64,000 nt of DNA, from positions 2,080,001-2,144,000 of the forward strand of contig CAXXLX010000001.1 in NCBI GenBank assembly GCA_963665235.2. Reading direction: 5' to 3'. Below are positions 50,442 through 60,181 of the stretch, piece after piece; positions within the stretch are counted from its first letter, which is position 1, and the number at the start of each line of letters is the position of its first letter. This DNA is from Candidatus Poribacteria bacterium. GTDB lineage: Bacteria; Poribacteria; WGA-4E; WGA-3G. Under the pieces are notes generated by a model, which was not told where the DNA came from, did no database searches, and saw only the letters and a list, made by a program, of their open reading frames with translations. The position numbers were made by a program, and so were the translations under genes.

Positions 50442-50499
50442 ACTCCTTTTTCGTGTTTATCTACCTATGCTAACTTCAAAATATGGTTCATGTAACAAC

Positions 50500-50829
50500 C
50501 TACTGCTCCAATAACTTTTGGAGTTCTTCTATCTTGTAATACCTGCCGGCTTTGAAATTCTCTTCCGCTTTTTCTAAGAGCGGATCAAGTCTACCCGCTT
50601 TTGCATCTTCCTCAATCTGCTTATCCCACGCCTCCTCTTCAGCGACTAAGGTTTCATGAAGGACTGTTGCAAGGGTTTTTAGCAATGCTTCCTGTGTGTT
50701 TTCCTCACAATTTACTTCAGGGACTTCCGGTATCCATCCCATCCACGCGGCACCATTCTTTTGTATATGGGCGATATAGGTTTCTTCGTATACCGTATCT
50801 TCTATCTCAACAATCAGCATCTCTTCCAT
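50500..50829 (-). CDS. HicB-like fold protein, tandem copy 2
   Basis: YIAHIQKNG.W.GWIPEVPEV.CEENTQEALL. Near-identical to 50861-51163. Confidence 0.65.
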   Translation of the reverse strand: MEEMLIVEIEDTVYEETYIAHIQKNGAAWMGWIPEVPEVNCEENTQEALLKTLATVLHETLVAEEEAWDKQIEEDAKAGRLDPLLEKAEENFKAGRYYKIEELQKLLEQ

Positions 50830-50860
50830 CTTCATCCCCTTATGATTACTACGGTTAGTC

Positions 50861-51163
50861 CTATAAATCAATACATTTTCCTTCCCGTAAATCTGCAAGA
50901 GCTTCTTTGCGAAGAGCGTCAAGGTGTCCTGCTTTTACATCTTTCTCAAACTGTTTTTCCCACGCCTCATCTATAGCGACTAAGGTTTGATGAAGGACTG
51001 TTGCAAGGGTTTTTAGCAATGCTTCCTGTGTGTTTTCTTCACATTTGACTTCGGGTACTTCCGGTATCCATCCTATCCACGCGGTCCCATTCTTTTGTAT
51101 ATGGGCGATATAGGTTTCTTCGTATACCGTATCTTCTATCTCAACAATCAGCATCTGTTCCAT
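50861..51163 (-). CDS. HicB-like fold protein, tandem copy 1
   Basis: AAGGA RBS. Same motif with a divergent tail. Confidence 0.65.
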   Translation of the reverse strand: MEQMLIVEIEDTVYEETYIAHIQKNGTAWIGWIPEVPEVKCEENTQEALLKTLATVLHQTLVAIDEAWEKQFEKDVKAGHLDALRKEALADLREGKCIDL

Positions 51164-51188
51164 CTTTATTTCCTTATGATTGAAAACC

Positions 51189-52277
51189 CTAATAAACACC
51201 GACTACAACACTTTCTTGGAGTTCCGTGAGCAGCCGTAGGTTTTCAACGCCATCCCACGGATATTCCGGTATCGGTTCAGCGCGTTCTGCCTCGTCGCGC
51301 TCTAGAAAACGGGGAACGAAAAACTCTTTTGTTAGTGTCGTCAGCATGACGCGGCCGGTATCACCGTAATCGACAGGCTCCTCCGGGTTTTGCGGGTTAA
51401 CAAGTTCGATGACAGCACGCGGTTGCGGCGGATAATAGACAATCGTGTAGTTATCAGTGGGGTCGAAAGGTTTACATGTGGCTAATCCCATAAGTGTATT
51501 GCCATAAGTCGGCACAAAATCTATACCCGGCACCAGCTCTTCACGTGCAAAGCGGTGGAATTGTGCGTCCATCTCTGTACCGCCACAGAAGATGCCTTTG
51601 ACCCCAACCTTTTCCAATGAAATCTTTTCACACAATGCCTCAAGCAGTTTCGGAGTAGTGAAGAGACACCGAACGTTTTCATGTGCCTTCAGAACGTTTA
51701 GAGCTTGCGAAATGACGTGGCTCTTGTATGCGTCCAATTCCTGATGTTTGCCGTATCGCACAAGTTGGTTCACCCAGCGCGGGTCCAAATCGACGAGGAA
51801 ACAGATACCGCCGCGATGTTGGGCGAGATGCTCAACCGCAAGCCGTAAGCGACGTGGGCCGGTAGGACCTAGCATCAACCAATCACTACCGGGCGGAAAA
51901 CCTTCATCGGAAAGCGTGCTGCTGAATAACTCGTAATCAATTTGGAAGTCCTGGATGCTAATTCGTGATTTTGGAATGCCTGTTGAGCCGCCGGTTTCAA
52001 AGACATAAATCGGTTTGTCTGCATAAGCCTTTGGTACCCATCGGCGCACCGGCCCGCCACGGAGCCATTCGTCTTGGAAATGCCCGAGGCATTTGAGGTC
52101 GGCATACCCGCCAATCTCTTTACGCGGGTCAAAATCCAAGCTTTCTGCAAATTCCAGCCAGAAGGGACAGCCGGTCTCCGGGCTGAAATGCCAATTGACA
52201 ATGTCCCGTACGTGTGCATCGAGAGCAGTTCGAGCATCTGCGGTTTTTTGAGAGAGGTTTCGATTAGAGATATGCAT
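51189..52277 (-). CDS. Adenylating enzyme of the GriC/EhpF (PaaK/LuxE-like) family
   Basis: WHFSPETGCPFW, FETGGSTGIPK, GGT, YGNT, GRVMLTTL, LERD. Confidence 0.78.
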   Translation of the reverse strand: MHISNRNLSQKTADARTALDAHVRDIVNWHFSPETGCPFWLEFAESLDFDPRKEIGGYADLKCLGHFQDEWLRGGPVRRWVPKAYADKPIYVFETGGSTGIPKSRISIQDFQIDYELFSSTLSDEGFPPGSDWLMLGPTGPRRLRLAVEHLAQHRGGICFLVDLDPRWVNQLVRYGKHQELDAYKSHVISQALNVLKAHENVRCLFTTPKLLEALCEKISLEKVGVKGIFCGGTEMDAQFHRFAREELVPGIDFVPTYGNTLMGLATCKPFDPTDNYTIVYYPPQPRAVIELVNPQNPEEPVDYGDTGRVMLTTLTKEFFVPRFLERDEAERAEPIPEYPWDGVENLRLLTELQESVVVGVY

Positions 52278-52311
52278 TTTTATCCTAGTTCGTTGGTTTC
52301 TGAAGAATCGT

Positions 52312-52917
52312 TTACGCTTCCTGTTTTGCCATGCTTGTGAGGATGCCGAGGACTTTGTCACACCGTTCAATTTGGTAGACAGTCATATCAATGTGAAGTG
52401 TTTGTCCCTCCAACTTGAGAAAACGCCAAAGCACGCCGGTCGTAGTTGCGCCATAGACGATAGGGATGTCATTCCCCGCTTCAGCATTAAAACGTTGTGC
52501 AGCAACCATCTCGGCTACACACTGCCCGAGTCCGACTTCAAGATTATCGTTCTTTGCCTCAACGAGAATAATAATCGGTGCCTCCAAATAAAATTGTACG
52601 GGTGAAAGACTTATCACAAAATCACAAACCCCGGTCAGTCCACTCTCCTCATCGACGTTGAAATCGATTCCTGAAAAAAGGCTAATCCTATGGTCTAATT
52701 GTTCACGGAGTTCAATGAGCACATCTGCGACAATCATTTCAGATTTTGCTTTCTCTGTCCCAATAGCTGTAGCTAACGGTATATTTCGCTCCAAAATGGT
52801 AGTGAGCACATCACTTGGCACCATGGGTTCTATACCAGAAAAAAGTCCGGCAGTATCAACCTCTTGGAGTTGAAATGCTGCCCGTGCAGCTGGTAAAGTA
52901 AAGTTGCTATATGCCAT
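52312..52917 (-). CDS. PD-(D/E)XK-like hypothetical protein, tandem copy A
   Basis: Start MAYSNFTL. GVCDF..VEAK. 606 nt. Confidence 0.72.
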   Translation of the reverse strand: MAYSNFTLPAARAAFQLQEVDTAGLFSGIEPMVPSDVLTTILERNIPLATAIGTEKAKSEMIVADVLIELREQLDHRISLFSGIDFNVDEESGLTGVCDFVISLSPVQFYLEAPIIILVEAKNDNLEVGLGQCVAEMVAAQRFNAEAGNDIPIVYGATTTGVLWRFLKLEGQTLHIDMTVYQIERCDKVLGILTSMAKQEA

Positions 52918-52954
52918 GTGAAATAATCTCCGCTGTGGTGAGTTTACTACTAAC

Positions 52955-53560
52955 CTATGCCTTCTGTTCCACCATGCTTGCGAGGACACCGAGGACTTTG
53001 TCACACCGTTCAATTTGGTAGACATCGATGTCAATGGAAAGTGTTTGCCCCTCCAATTTGAGGAAACGCCAAAGCACGCCGGTCGTAGTTGCGCCGTAGA
53101 CGATAGGGATGTTATTTCCCTTTTCAGCATTAAAACGTTGTGCGGCCACCATCTCGGCTGCACACTGCCCAAGTCCGACTTCAAGATTATCGTTCTTTGC
53201 TTCAACTAGCATGATAACAGGTGCCTTCAAATAAAATTGCCAAGGTGAGAGACTGATCAGGAAATCACATACGCCTGTCAGTTCAGCATCGGCATCAACG
53301 TTGAAATCGATTCCTGAAAAAAGACTAATCCTATGGTCTAATTGCTCGCGGAGTTCAACAAGCACATCTGCGACAATCATTTCAGACTTTGCTTTCTCCG
53401 TCCCGATAGCCGTAGCTAAAGATATGTTTCGCTCCAAAATGGTAGTGAGCACATCACTTGGCACCATGGGTTCACAACCAGCAAAAATACCCGTAGTACC
53501 AATCTCTTCCAGATTAAACGCTTCCCGGGCTGTGTCTAAAGTAAAGTTGCTATAAGCCAT
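52955..53560 (-). CDS. PD-(D/E)XK-like hypothetical protein, tandem copy B
   Basis: GGAGG RBS. 606 nt. Mosaic of copies A and C. Confidence 0.72.
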   Translation of the reverse strand: MAYSNFTLDTAREAFNLEEIGTTGIFAGCEPMVPSDVLTTILERNISLATAIGTEKAKSEMIVADVLVELREQLDHRISLFSGIDFNVDADAELTGVCDFLISLSPWQFYLKAPVIMLVEAKNDNLEVGLGQCAAEMVAAQRFNAEKGNNIPIVYGATTTGVLWRFLKLEGQTLSIDIDVYQIERCDKVLGVLASMVEQKA

Positions 53561-53597
53561 GTGAAATAACCTCCGCTGTGGCAAGTTTACCTTCAAC

Positions 53598-53621
53598 TTA
53601 AGAGCGGGCTGTTTGCCCGAA
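53598..53621. repeat. 24-bp micro-element
   Basis: Absent from the paralogous spacer at 52921-52954. TTA is duplicated. Confidence 0.8.
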
Positions 53622-54228
53622 TTATGCCTTCTGTTCCACCATGCTTGCAAGGATGCCGAGGACCTTGTCACATTGTGCGATTTGGTAGACAGCGATGTCA
53701 ATGGAAAGTGTTTTCCCCTCCAACTTGAGAAAACGCCATTCTGTGCCTGAGGTAGTCGCGCCATAGACGATAGGGATGTCATTTCCCTTTTCGTCATTAA
53801 AACGTTGTGCGGCAACCATCTCTGCTGCACACTGTCCAAGTCCGACTTCAAGGTTGTCGTTCTTCGCTTCAACTAGCATGATAACAGGTGCCTTCAAATA
53901 AAATTGCCAAGGTGAGAGACTGATCAGGAAATCACATACGCCTGTCAGTTCAGCATCGGCATCGACGTTGAAATCGATACCTGAAAAAAGACTGATTTTA
54001 TGGTCTAATTGCTCGCGGAGTTCGACGAGCACATCTGCGACAATCATTTCTGATTTTGCTTTCTCTGTCCCGATAGCCGTAGCTAATGGTATTTTTCGCT
54101 CCAAAATGGCAGTGAAGCAGGTCACTTGGCACCAGGGGTTCACAGTCAGCAAAAATACCCGCAGTACCAATCTCTTCCAGATTAAACGCTTCCCGGGCTG
54201 TGTCTAAGGTAAAGTTGCTATAAGCCAT
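53622..54228 (-). pseudogene. Tandem copy C with a +1 frameshift near 54115
   Basis: 607 nt versus 606. Split into ORFs 53998-54228 and 53622-54170. A remnant of a fourth 3' end lies at about 54247-54280. Confidence 0.72.
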
Positions 54229-54298
54229 GTGAAATACCTCCGTTTACACCTTCTGTTCCACCTGCTTTTGAGGATGCCGATAGGTGTTAAGCGGACCC

Positions 54299-55794
54299 CT
54301 ATTCTGAAATCGCAATTAAACTATTGCGTGTTACGATGTAAAGCACCCCATCTTTCGCTACAGGTGTCGTATAGACAGCGCTGCCCATGTTAGTTTCAAA
54401 CAGTACCTCTTTAGTCTTCCCAGTTTTTAAGATGACAACATCCCCATCTTCATCGCCGAGGTAAACCTTGCCATCTACGACGTAAGGCCCCAAATAGCAG
54501 CGAAGGTGTCATGCTTCCAATAAAGGTCTCCGGTGTTCACATCTAAGCAGTAGAGAAATCCGCTTAGGTCGGCAATATAGAGAAGTCCATCCGCAATAGC
54601 GGCAGTAGACATAGTGCGGTTAAACTGTTCATCGCCGAAGTGCCAGACTGCAGCGGTTTCAGTGACATCGCCTTTTTGGGACGCGTCAATGCACCAGAGA
54701 TGTCCAACTCCTTCACCGTGTTCCGGGTCTTGTCCGACAGCGAGATACACCCTATTTTCATAAACGACCGGGGTTGAGATGATATTATTTCGGGTGCCTC
54801 TACCCCCGAGTTCCCACACAGAATCTTTCGGGTTACAGTCAAACTTCCAGATAATCTCGCCTGTTTCAGGTTCAAAGGCGTAGACCCATCCATCCCCGCC
54901 GGGTATAATCACCTGCGGGACACCTTTGATAACCCCGTAAGCGGGATTTGACCACTGTCCGTGCAGTATATTTTCGCCAGGGGAAGCATCTTCCCAAACT
55001 AATTCTCCCGTGTGTTTATTTAGTGCGATAAAACTTGGAGCATCGGGGGAAGGAATATGGATATGTCCTTCATCAACACCGTTGCTTGTCTCCAGGAAGA
55101 GCAGGTCGCCAACAGCGAGCGGAGAACACGTGGCGAGGTTATGCGGAAAAACATCCAACTCGTCCATCATATCGTAAATCCAGATGATGTCCCCATCAAT
55201 CTGACTCGTTTCCGTTTCATCCTTAAAGGGACCATCGTTTTCGCCATCGAGGAAACCTTCGGTATCAATACAGACGACCTCACAGCGGTTGGAGATGTAG
55301 TAGAGCTTATCGCCTTCAATAAAGGGCGTTGAACAAATTCCTTGGAGGGGCCAATCGTTCACGCGGCCTGAGGTGAGTTTCGTGTGTGTGATTTGCCACA
55401 GAAATTCGCCATCGGATTCGCGAAATGCCATGAGATTTCCGCGGTCGCCTGTCAGTTTCGGATTGCGTAGTACTTCGTTGTTCGTTCCGACAAAAATTTT
55501 GCCGCCGCTGATGAGCGGTCCCGCGTAGCTTTGGGAACCGAGTTCTGCTATCCATTTGATATTTTTACCCGTTGCCAGAGCCCAATTTGCGGGAACATTT
55601 TTCTCATCGGAAACCATGTTACGGCCCAGCGACCCCCCCCATAGGGCAATCTCTGTTTCGGTCGCTGTCCCAGAAACAGCAAAACCGAGAAAAAAGCCGA
55701 GTGTCAAGACGAGGGCGATATATGAACGCCAACTGCCCCTGTCGTTTTCTGTCGAGGTGCCTCGGCACCATTTAGTGAAAGATTGAAAAAACAT
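54299..55794 (-). pseudogene. PQQ-binding-like beta-propeller protein with a frameshift near 54490
   Basis: AAIWG continues in another frame as PYVVDGKVYLGDEDG. May be a sequencing error. Confidence 0.72.
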
Positions 55795-55798
55795 AAAA

Positions 55799-56746
55799 TC
55801 ACCATACCTTTAGATTGTCGTAATAGATTTCAGTTGCAGAGTAGCCGTAGATGCCGGGGCTTCCTTCGCTATTCGGAAGCGGGTCTTCGGCTGTGATAGT
55901 CCATTCGTCCGGCTCAGTGTCACCGGCGCGCCACACCTTCCCTTTAATTATCGCTTTACCGTCAACGACATCCACCTTCATTTTCATGGTATACCAGACA
56001 TCGATTTCCCAAGGAAAATCAATCGTTTTTGCCATGCGTAAATCGGATGCCCACGACCGGATTTGCAAACGTTGGTGTCTGCCCTGCATATCCAGGGTGT
56101 AGCGATTTGCAATTAAGCCCATATCCGGCAGCCGGCGTTTGACTTTCGTCCCCATAAGGTCTATCTGGATCTGATAGTTTTTCATCGTCGGGGGGCCGAG
56201 ATAGACGTTAGAACGATTTAAACCGCGCTGCACAGGTGTTTTGACTAAAACCTTGTTGCCATCCTTTTCTCGGACAAAAAATTTGCCGGTTGCACTGAGC
56301 CAGTGTGTCGGAATTTTTTCAAGTTCAACGTTTTCAAAATCCTCTGTCCACGGGAGCGGTGGGATAACCCGTATCCGCGCAGTCGCCTTCATATCGCCCG
56401 ATTCTGCTGTAATAGTCCCCGCATGTGCCGGGGCACTTTTATCAGGGACGAATGTGTTGTCTTCAACCGCGCCCTTTAAACCGGTGACGTTCCATGCTAT
56501 CATTCCAATTGCATTTGTCTGTTTTCCCGCTGCATCAAACCCGACAACGTTCAATTCAACCGGTTCGCCAGATGTGACAGTTTCAGCAGGGGTGAGCAGA
56601 AGGGCAACAGCCGGCTCAGTACTCATCATAGGGGTTGCAATCTGTTTGCTGGCACACCCGATAGCGAAAAGACAGATTATCAAACCTGTATATAAATTTA
56701 TGAAAACAGAAGCTTTCTGTCCTGTTGCGAAACATATTTTCATCAC
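55799..56746 (-). CDS. Putative lipoprotein with Ig-like and concanavalin-like domains
   Basis: LFAIGC lipobox-like motif. PWTEDFE, WYTMK, YYDNLKV. Confidence 0.68.
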   Translation of the reverse strand: MMKICFATGQKASVFINLYTGLIICLFAIGCASKQIATPMMSTEPAVALLLTPAETVTSGEPVELNVVGFDAAGKQTNAIGMIAWNVTGLKGAVEDNTFVPDKSAPAHAGTITAESGDMKATARIRVIPPLPWTEDFENVELEKIPTHWLSATGKFFVREKDGNKVLVKTPVQRGLNRSNVYLGPPTMKNYQIQIDLMGTKVKRRLPDMGLIANRYTLDMQGRHQRLQIRSWASDLRMAKTIDFPWEIDVWYTMKMKVDVVDGKAIIKGKVWRAGDTEPDEWTITAEDPLPNSEGSPGIYGYSATEIYYDNLKVW

Positions 56747-58077
56747 TGTTTCCTCCCAATACAGTAGAGACGTTCCTCCGTTGTGAAATAGATACGGCCG
56801 CCGGCAATTGCGGGTGAACCGTAGATTTCAACATAGTGCTCATCGTCTGCTCGAGTTATTTCTTGGACACTCAATGACTCACATGAGTCAGCACCCGGCT
56901 GAAGGATGTGGAATTTGCCGTTGACCTCAGGGACATACAATTTCCCATCAGCCCAGACAGGTGACCCTTTTCCGACGGTACCGATACTGTGTTCCCAAAA
57001 GGGTTCGCCGGTATCCGCATTCAGGCAGTGAATGTTCGCTGAGTTGTCAAGGACATAAAGCCGTCCAGCGTTGAGTGTGGGGGAAGCGTATCCAACGCCG
57101 ACAGCGTCATATCGCCACACTTCATGGGTTGCAGTGACATCGCCAGTGCCAGTCCCATCAATACAGACGACGCGGCCCATCTTCGTAGTATCTATATTCT
57201 CCTCGCTATGTGTAGCGTAGACCTTTGTCCCAGAAACAATGACAGAGGTATTTATACCGCGCTTACTCAGTTTAAACCCCCAAACCATCTCTCCGGTAGT
57301 CTGTTTCATTGCATATATTCCGCCATCAGCATTCCCACCGATAATGAGGGAGTGTCCATTAATTTCAGTGACAACCGGGGTAGAGTAGGTAGTGTCAAGC
57401 GGTCTACCGCCTGGGGTTGAGACCCAAATCAGGTCGCCATTGTGTTTATCAAAAGCGAAATAACGGTGCCGCGGGATAGATTGCGCGCCCCAACCTGAAT
57501 TCAGAAAACTCACAACGACAAGGTTACCCGCAATAATCGGGGTGTGAACGCGACCGCCGTATCCTGAAATACGTCCATATTCCTCTGTAAGTGAGCGTGA
57601 CCATACTATATCCCCGTCCTTATTGAAGCAGATGAAGAGCCCTTGAATCCCGTGTATGTAAATATTACCTGTCTCCGTATCCCCCACCGGGTTTGTCCAT
57701 CCCACTCGGTTGAAGGTGATTGTGGTGTGAAAAACGTTAATCTGATGGTTCCACAACAGGTCACCGGTTTTCGCATCAAAACAGGCGATACGTTCCTGTT
57801 CGGTAATATCCTTGCCGACCCGCCCGATGACATAGACCCTACCGTTCAGAACAATTGGTGTAGAACGTCCCATAAATTCTGCATCCCAGAGCAGGTTTTC
57901 GCCTTCAACAGACCAGCTAGAAAGAAGTCCTGTCTCTGCTGATGTGCCATCCTGATTAGGGCCTCGCCAACTCGGCCAATCGCTTGCAATGATGTCGCTT
58001 GCGCTGACGTACATCGACGTAGCACCTAAGAGTAAAAAAATGAAAAGCCGATAAAAAATCGGTTTAAGATAATACAA
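56743..58077 (-). CDS. PQQ-binding-like beta-propeller protein
   Basis: AGGAGG then TTG. DWPSWRGP. Repeated DxxTGxxxW and SP motifs. Confidence 0.87.
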   Translation of the reverse strand: MYYLKPIFYRLFIFLLLGATSMYVSASDIIASDWPSWRGPNQDGTSAETGLLSSWSVEGENLLWDAEFMGRSTPIVLNGRVYVIGRVGKDITEQERIACFDAKTGDLLWNHQINVFHTTITFNRVGWTNPVGDTETGNIYIHGIQGLFICFNKDGDIVWSRSLTEEYGRISGYGGRVHTPIIAGNLVVVSFLNSGWGAQSIPRHRYFAFDKHNGDLIWVSTPGGRPLDTTYSTPVVTEINGHSLIIGGNADGGIYAMKQTTGEMVWGFKLSKRGINTSVIVSGTKVYATHSEENIDTTKMGRVVCIDGTGTGDVTATHEVWRYDAVGVGYASPTLNAGRLYVLDNSANIHCLNADTGEPFWEHSIGTVGKGSPVWADGKLYVPEVNGKFHILQPGADSCESLSVQEITRADDEHYVEIYGSPAIAGGRIYFTTEERLYCIGRKQ

Positions 58078-58167
58078 ATTACTGCCTCCTATCCGTTTTT
58101 ATGTGTGTGTAGTTTTAAAACGTATTTTAACATGTTTACCCAGAAATTGCAAACTAAAAATCTTTAC

Positions 58168-58493
58168 GGGTGTGTAAAGTTTTTGGAGGTCCAAAGGATA
58201 GATAGAGGTTTGGAGGCGTGGAAATCCAGAATGACGTATCCGTTTTTCGGGGGTATGCCACCGTTATAGACCCCACCTAAGTTCTGACCCCAAATAGGAC
58301 TGTGTCCCCTAAAAACCAGTGATACCTAGGGGCCCGGAGGCGTGGAAATCCAGAATGATGCCCCTGTTTTTCGGGTGTCTGTCCCCATTATAGGTCCCGC
58401 CTAAGTTCTGCCCCCAAATAGCACTACGTCATTTTAGAAACGGCGGAGAACTACATGGTAAATTGCCCCATAAGTACAAAATATTTACACACC
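58168..58493. mobile_element. Family-B-like IR-bounded element containing two ~90-bp direct repeats
   Basis: GGGTGTGTAAAGTTTTTG / CAAAATATTTACACACCC. Repeats at 58212-58301 and 58336-58425. No TSD seen. A third IR lies at about 58552-58570. Confidence 0.55.
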
Positions 58494-58512
58494 CCCTCCT
58501 CAAAAATTGGGT

Positions 58513-58614
58513 TTGACGTAAAATACCCAAAATGATATAATAAAAGCTGTTACCAAAACTTTACACATTCTACCTCTAAAAACAGTTGACTTTTTAGAAA
58601 GATAAAGGTATACT
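58513..58614 (+). promoter_or_regulatory. Tandem sigma70 promoters; the proximal one predicts a leaderless rpn mRNA
   Basis: TTGACG-17-TATAAT (58513-41). TTGACT-17-TATACT (58586-614) ends 6 nt before ATG 58621. Confidence 0.6.
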
Positions 58615-58620
58615 ATTTAT

Positions 58621-59520
58621 ATGCGACAATTTGACCCTATTGTTACACACATTATGGGCCTCTTCTCTTCAGAGTTTGCGAACCTTGTTTTCAATGAACC
58701 TGACCTTGAAGTCCTTGAGCAATTGGATACGAAGCAAGCTACCATTAAGGCCCATCAAAACGATTTGACTTTCAAAGTTCGGCGTGCCAATGGCGAGATG
58801 GTGATTCTCCACATAGAGGTACAAACCCGCGATAGCACTGACAGACCTATGTCGTTGCGCGTTTTAAACTATGCAAGCGCGCTTATGCTTCACTATCAGT
58901 TGCCAGTATATTCTATGGTGATTTATCTGGATCCGGCCGCGGGCCGCGGAGATACCGGCACATATCACTATGGAGATGACACGATGGGTTTGCGTTTCAA
59001 CTATAAGGTCATCCGTCTATCTGATTTAGAAGGTGAAGCATTTTTAGAGTCCCCTGCGATAGGGTTGCTCCCGTTTACGCCTTTGATGAAACGGCCTGTC
59101 GATATGACAGCCGAGTCATGGGTTGAAGCATGTGTTGCGAAGACACAAGCGGCACCTGTTGACACACAGACGCGGGGAACACTTTTATTTGCGCTATCTC
59201 TTCTCGGAAGTTTAGCGCATGACCCGGAACTTTTTCGGCGGTTTATATTGGAGGAAATTATGCAAGAGTCTCCCTTTTACGATATAGTTCTACAGGACGG
59301 TATTGAACAAGGTATTGAACAAGGTATTGAACAAGGGGAGCGCGGGGCATCCCTTAGACATATTATCGCTGTGCTGGCGACGCGTTTCCCGAATGCCGAT
59401 ATACCTCGTACTACCTCTGCGCTTGAGGCGATTGACGATATTGAACGTCTCACCGAGCTGCATACGCTTGCGGTTTCAGTACCTAATTTCACCGCTTTCT
59501 TACAAGTGCTTGATAGATAG
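58621..59520 (+). CDS. Rpn family (recombination-promoting nuclease/PD-(D/E)XK) protein
   Basis: D..F....ILHIEVQT..M..R..Y, PVYSMVIYL, MQESPFY, (IEQG)n. Confidence 0.85.
   Translation: MRQFDPIVTHIMGLFSSEFANLVFNEPDLEVLEQLDTKQATIKAHQNDLTFKVRRANGEMVILHIEVQTRDSTDRPMSLRVLNYASALMLHYQLPVYSMVIYLDPAAGRGDTGTYHYGDDTMGLRFNYKVIRLSDLEGEAFLESPAIGLLPFTPLMKRPVDMTAESWVEACVAKTQAAPVDTQTRGTLLFALSLLGSLAHDPELFRRFILEEIMQESPFYDIVLQDGIEQGIEQGIEQGERGASLRHIIAVLATRFPNADIPRTTSALEAIDDIERLTELHTLAVSVPNFTAFLQVLDR
59260..59520 (+). CDS. Predicted internal in-frame small product (RpnS-like, 86 aa)
   Basis: GGAGG (59250-54) lies 5 nt before the in-frame ATG at 59260. Confidence 0.55.
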   Translation: MQESPFYDIVLQDGIEQGIEQGIEQGERGASLRHIIAVLATRFPNADIPRTTSALEAIDDIERLTELHTLAVSVPNFTAFLQVLDR

Positions 59521-59535
59521 GGCTTTTTCAACCGA

Positions 59536-59972
59536 TTTGATGAACCGCCTGTCGATATGACAGCCGAGGCATGGGTTGAGGCGTGTGTTGCGAAGACACA
59601 AGCAGCTCCTGTTGACACACAGACGCGGGGAACACTTTTATTTGCGCTATCTCTTCTCGGAAGTTTAGCGCACGACCCGGAACTTTTTCGGCGGTTTATA
59701 TTGGAGGAAATTATGCAAGAGTCTCCCTTTTACGATATAGTTCTACAGGACGGTATTAAACAAGGTATTGAACAAGGGGAGCGCGGGGCATCCCTTAGAC
59801 ATATTATCGCTGTGCTGGCGACGCGTTTCCCGAATGCCGATATACCTCATGCCACCTCTGCGCTTGAGTCTGTTGACGATATTGAACGTCTCACCGAACT
59901 GCTTACCGTTGCGGTTTCAGTGCCTAATTTCAACGCTTTCTTGCAAGTGCTTGATAGATAGGGCTTTTTCAA
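59536..59972 (+). repeat. Tandem duplicate of the rpn 3' half (59082-59531), encoding a variant small ORF 59713-59961
   Basis: Near-identical copy with one fewer 12-bp IEQG unit and clustered C-terminal substitutions. Retains GGAGG-ATG. Confidence 0.85.
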
Positions 59973-60181
59973 TTTGCGGCTGTCGGGGCAGCCATGCTTC
60001 TCCTATAGATGCCTATCACGACGGGCTGACATGCTTTCGGAATTTACTAAACGATATTGAACGCAGGATGCCAGATGCGCGTTCTGCCTGATTTGGCCTA
60101 TCAGGGATAAAGGGGGTCTTAAAGTCAGTGTTTATTTATTTTTCAACTTTACCATAACATCAAAAATCAACTTTTTAGTAA

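Noticed and set aside
52918-53872. N-terminal extensions of ORFs 52312-53205 and 52955-53872
   Set aside because: They are off-frame translations of the upstream paralog. Real starts are MAYSNF with an RBS. The same applies to the extension of 51189-52370.
59082-59972. Diversity-generating retroelement TR/VR pair
   Set aside because: No reverse transcriptase nearby, and the differences are not confined to adenines.
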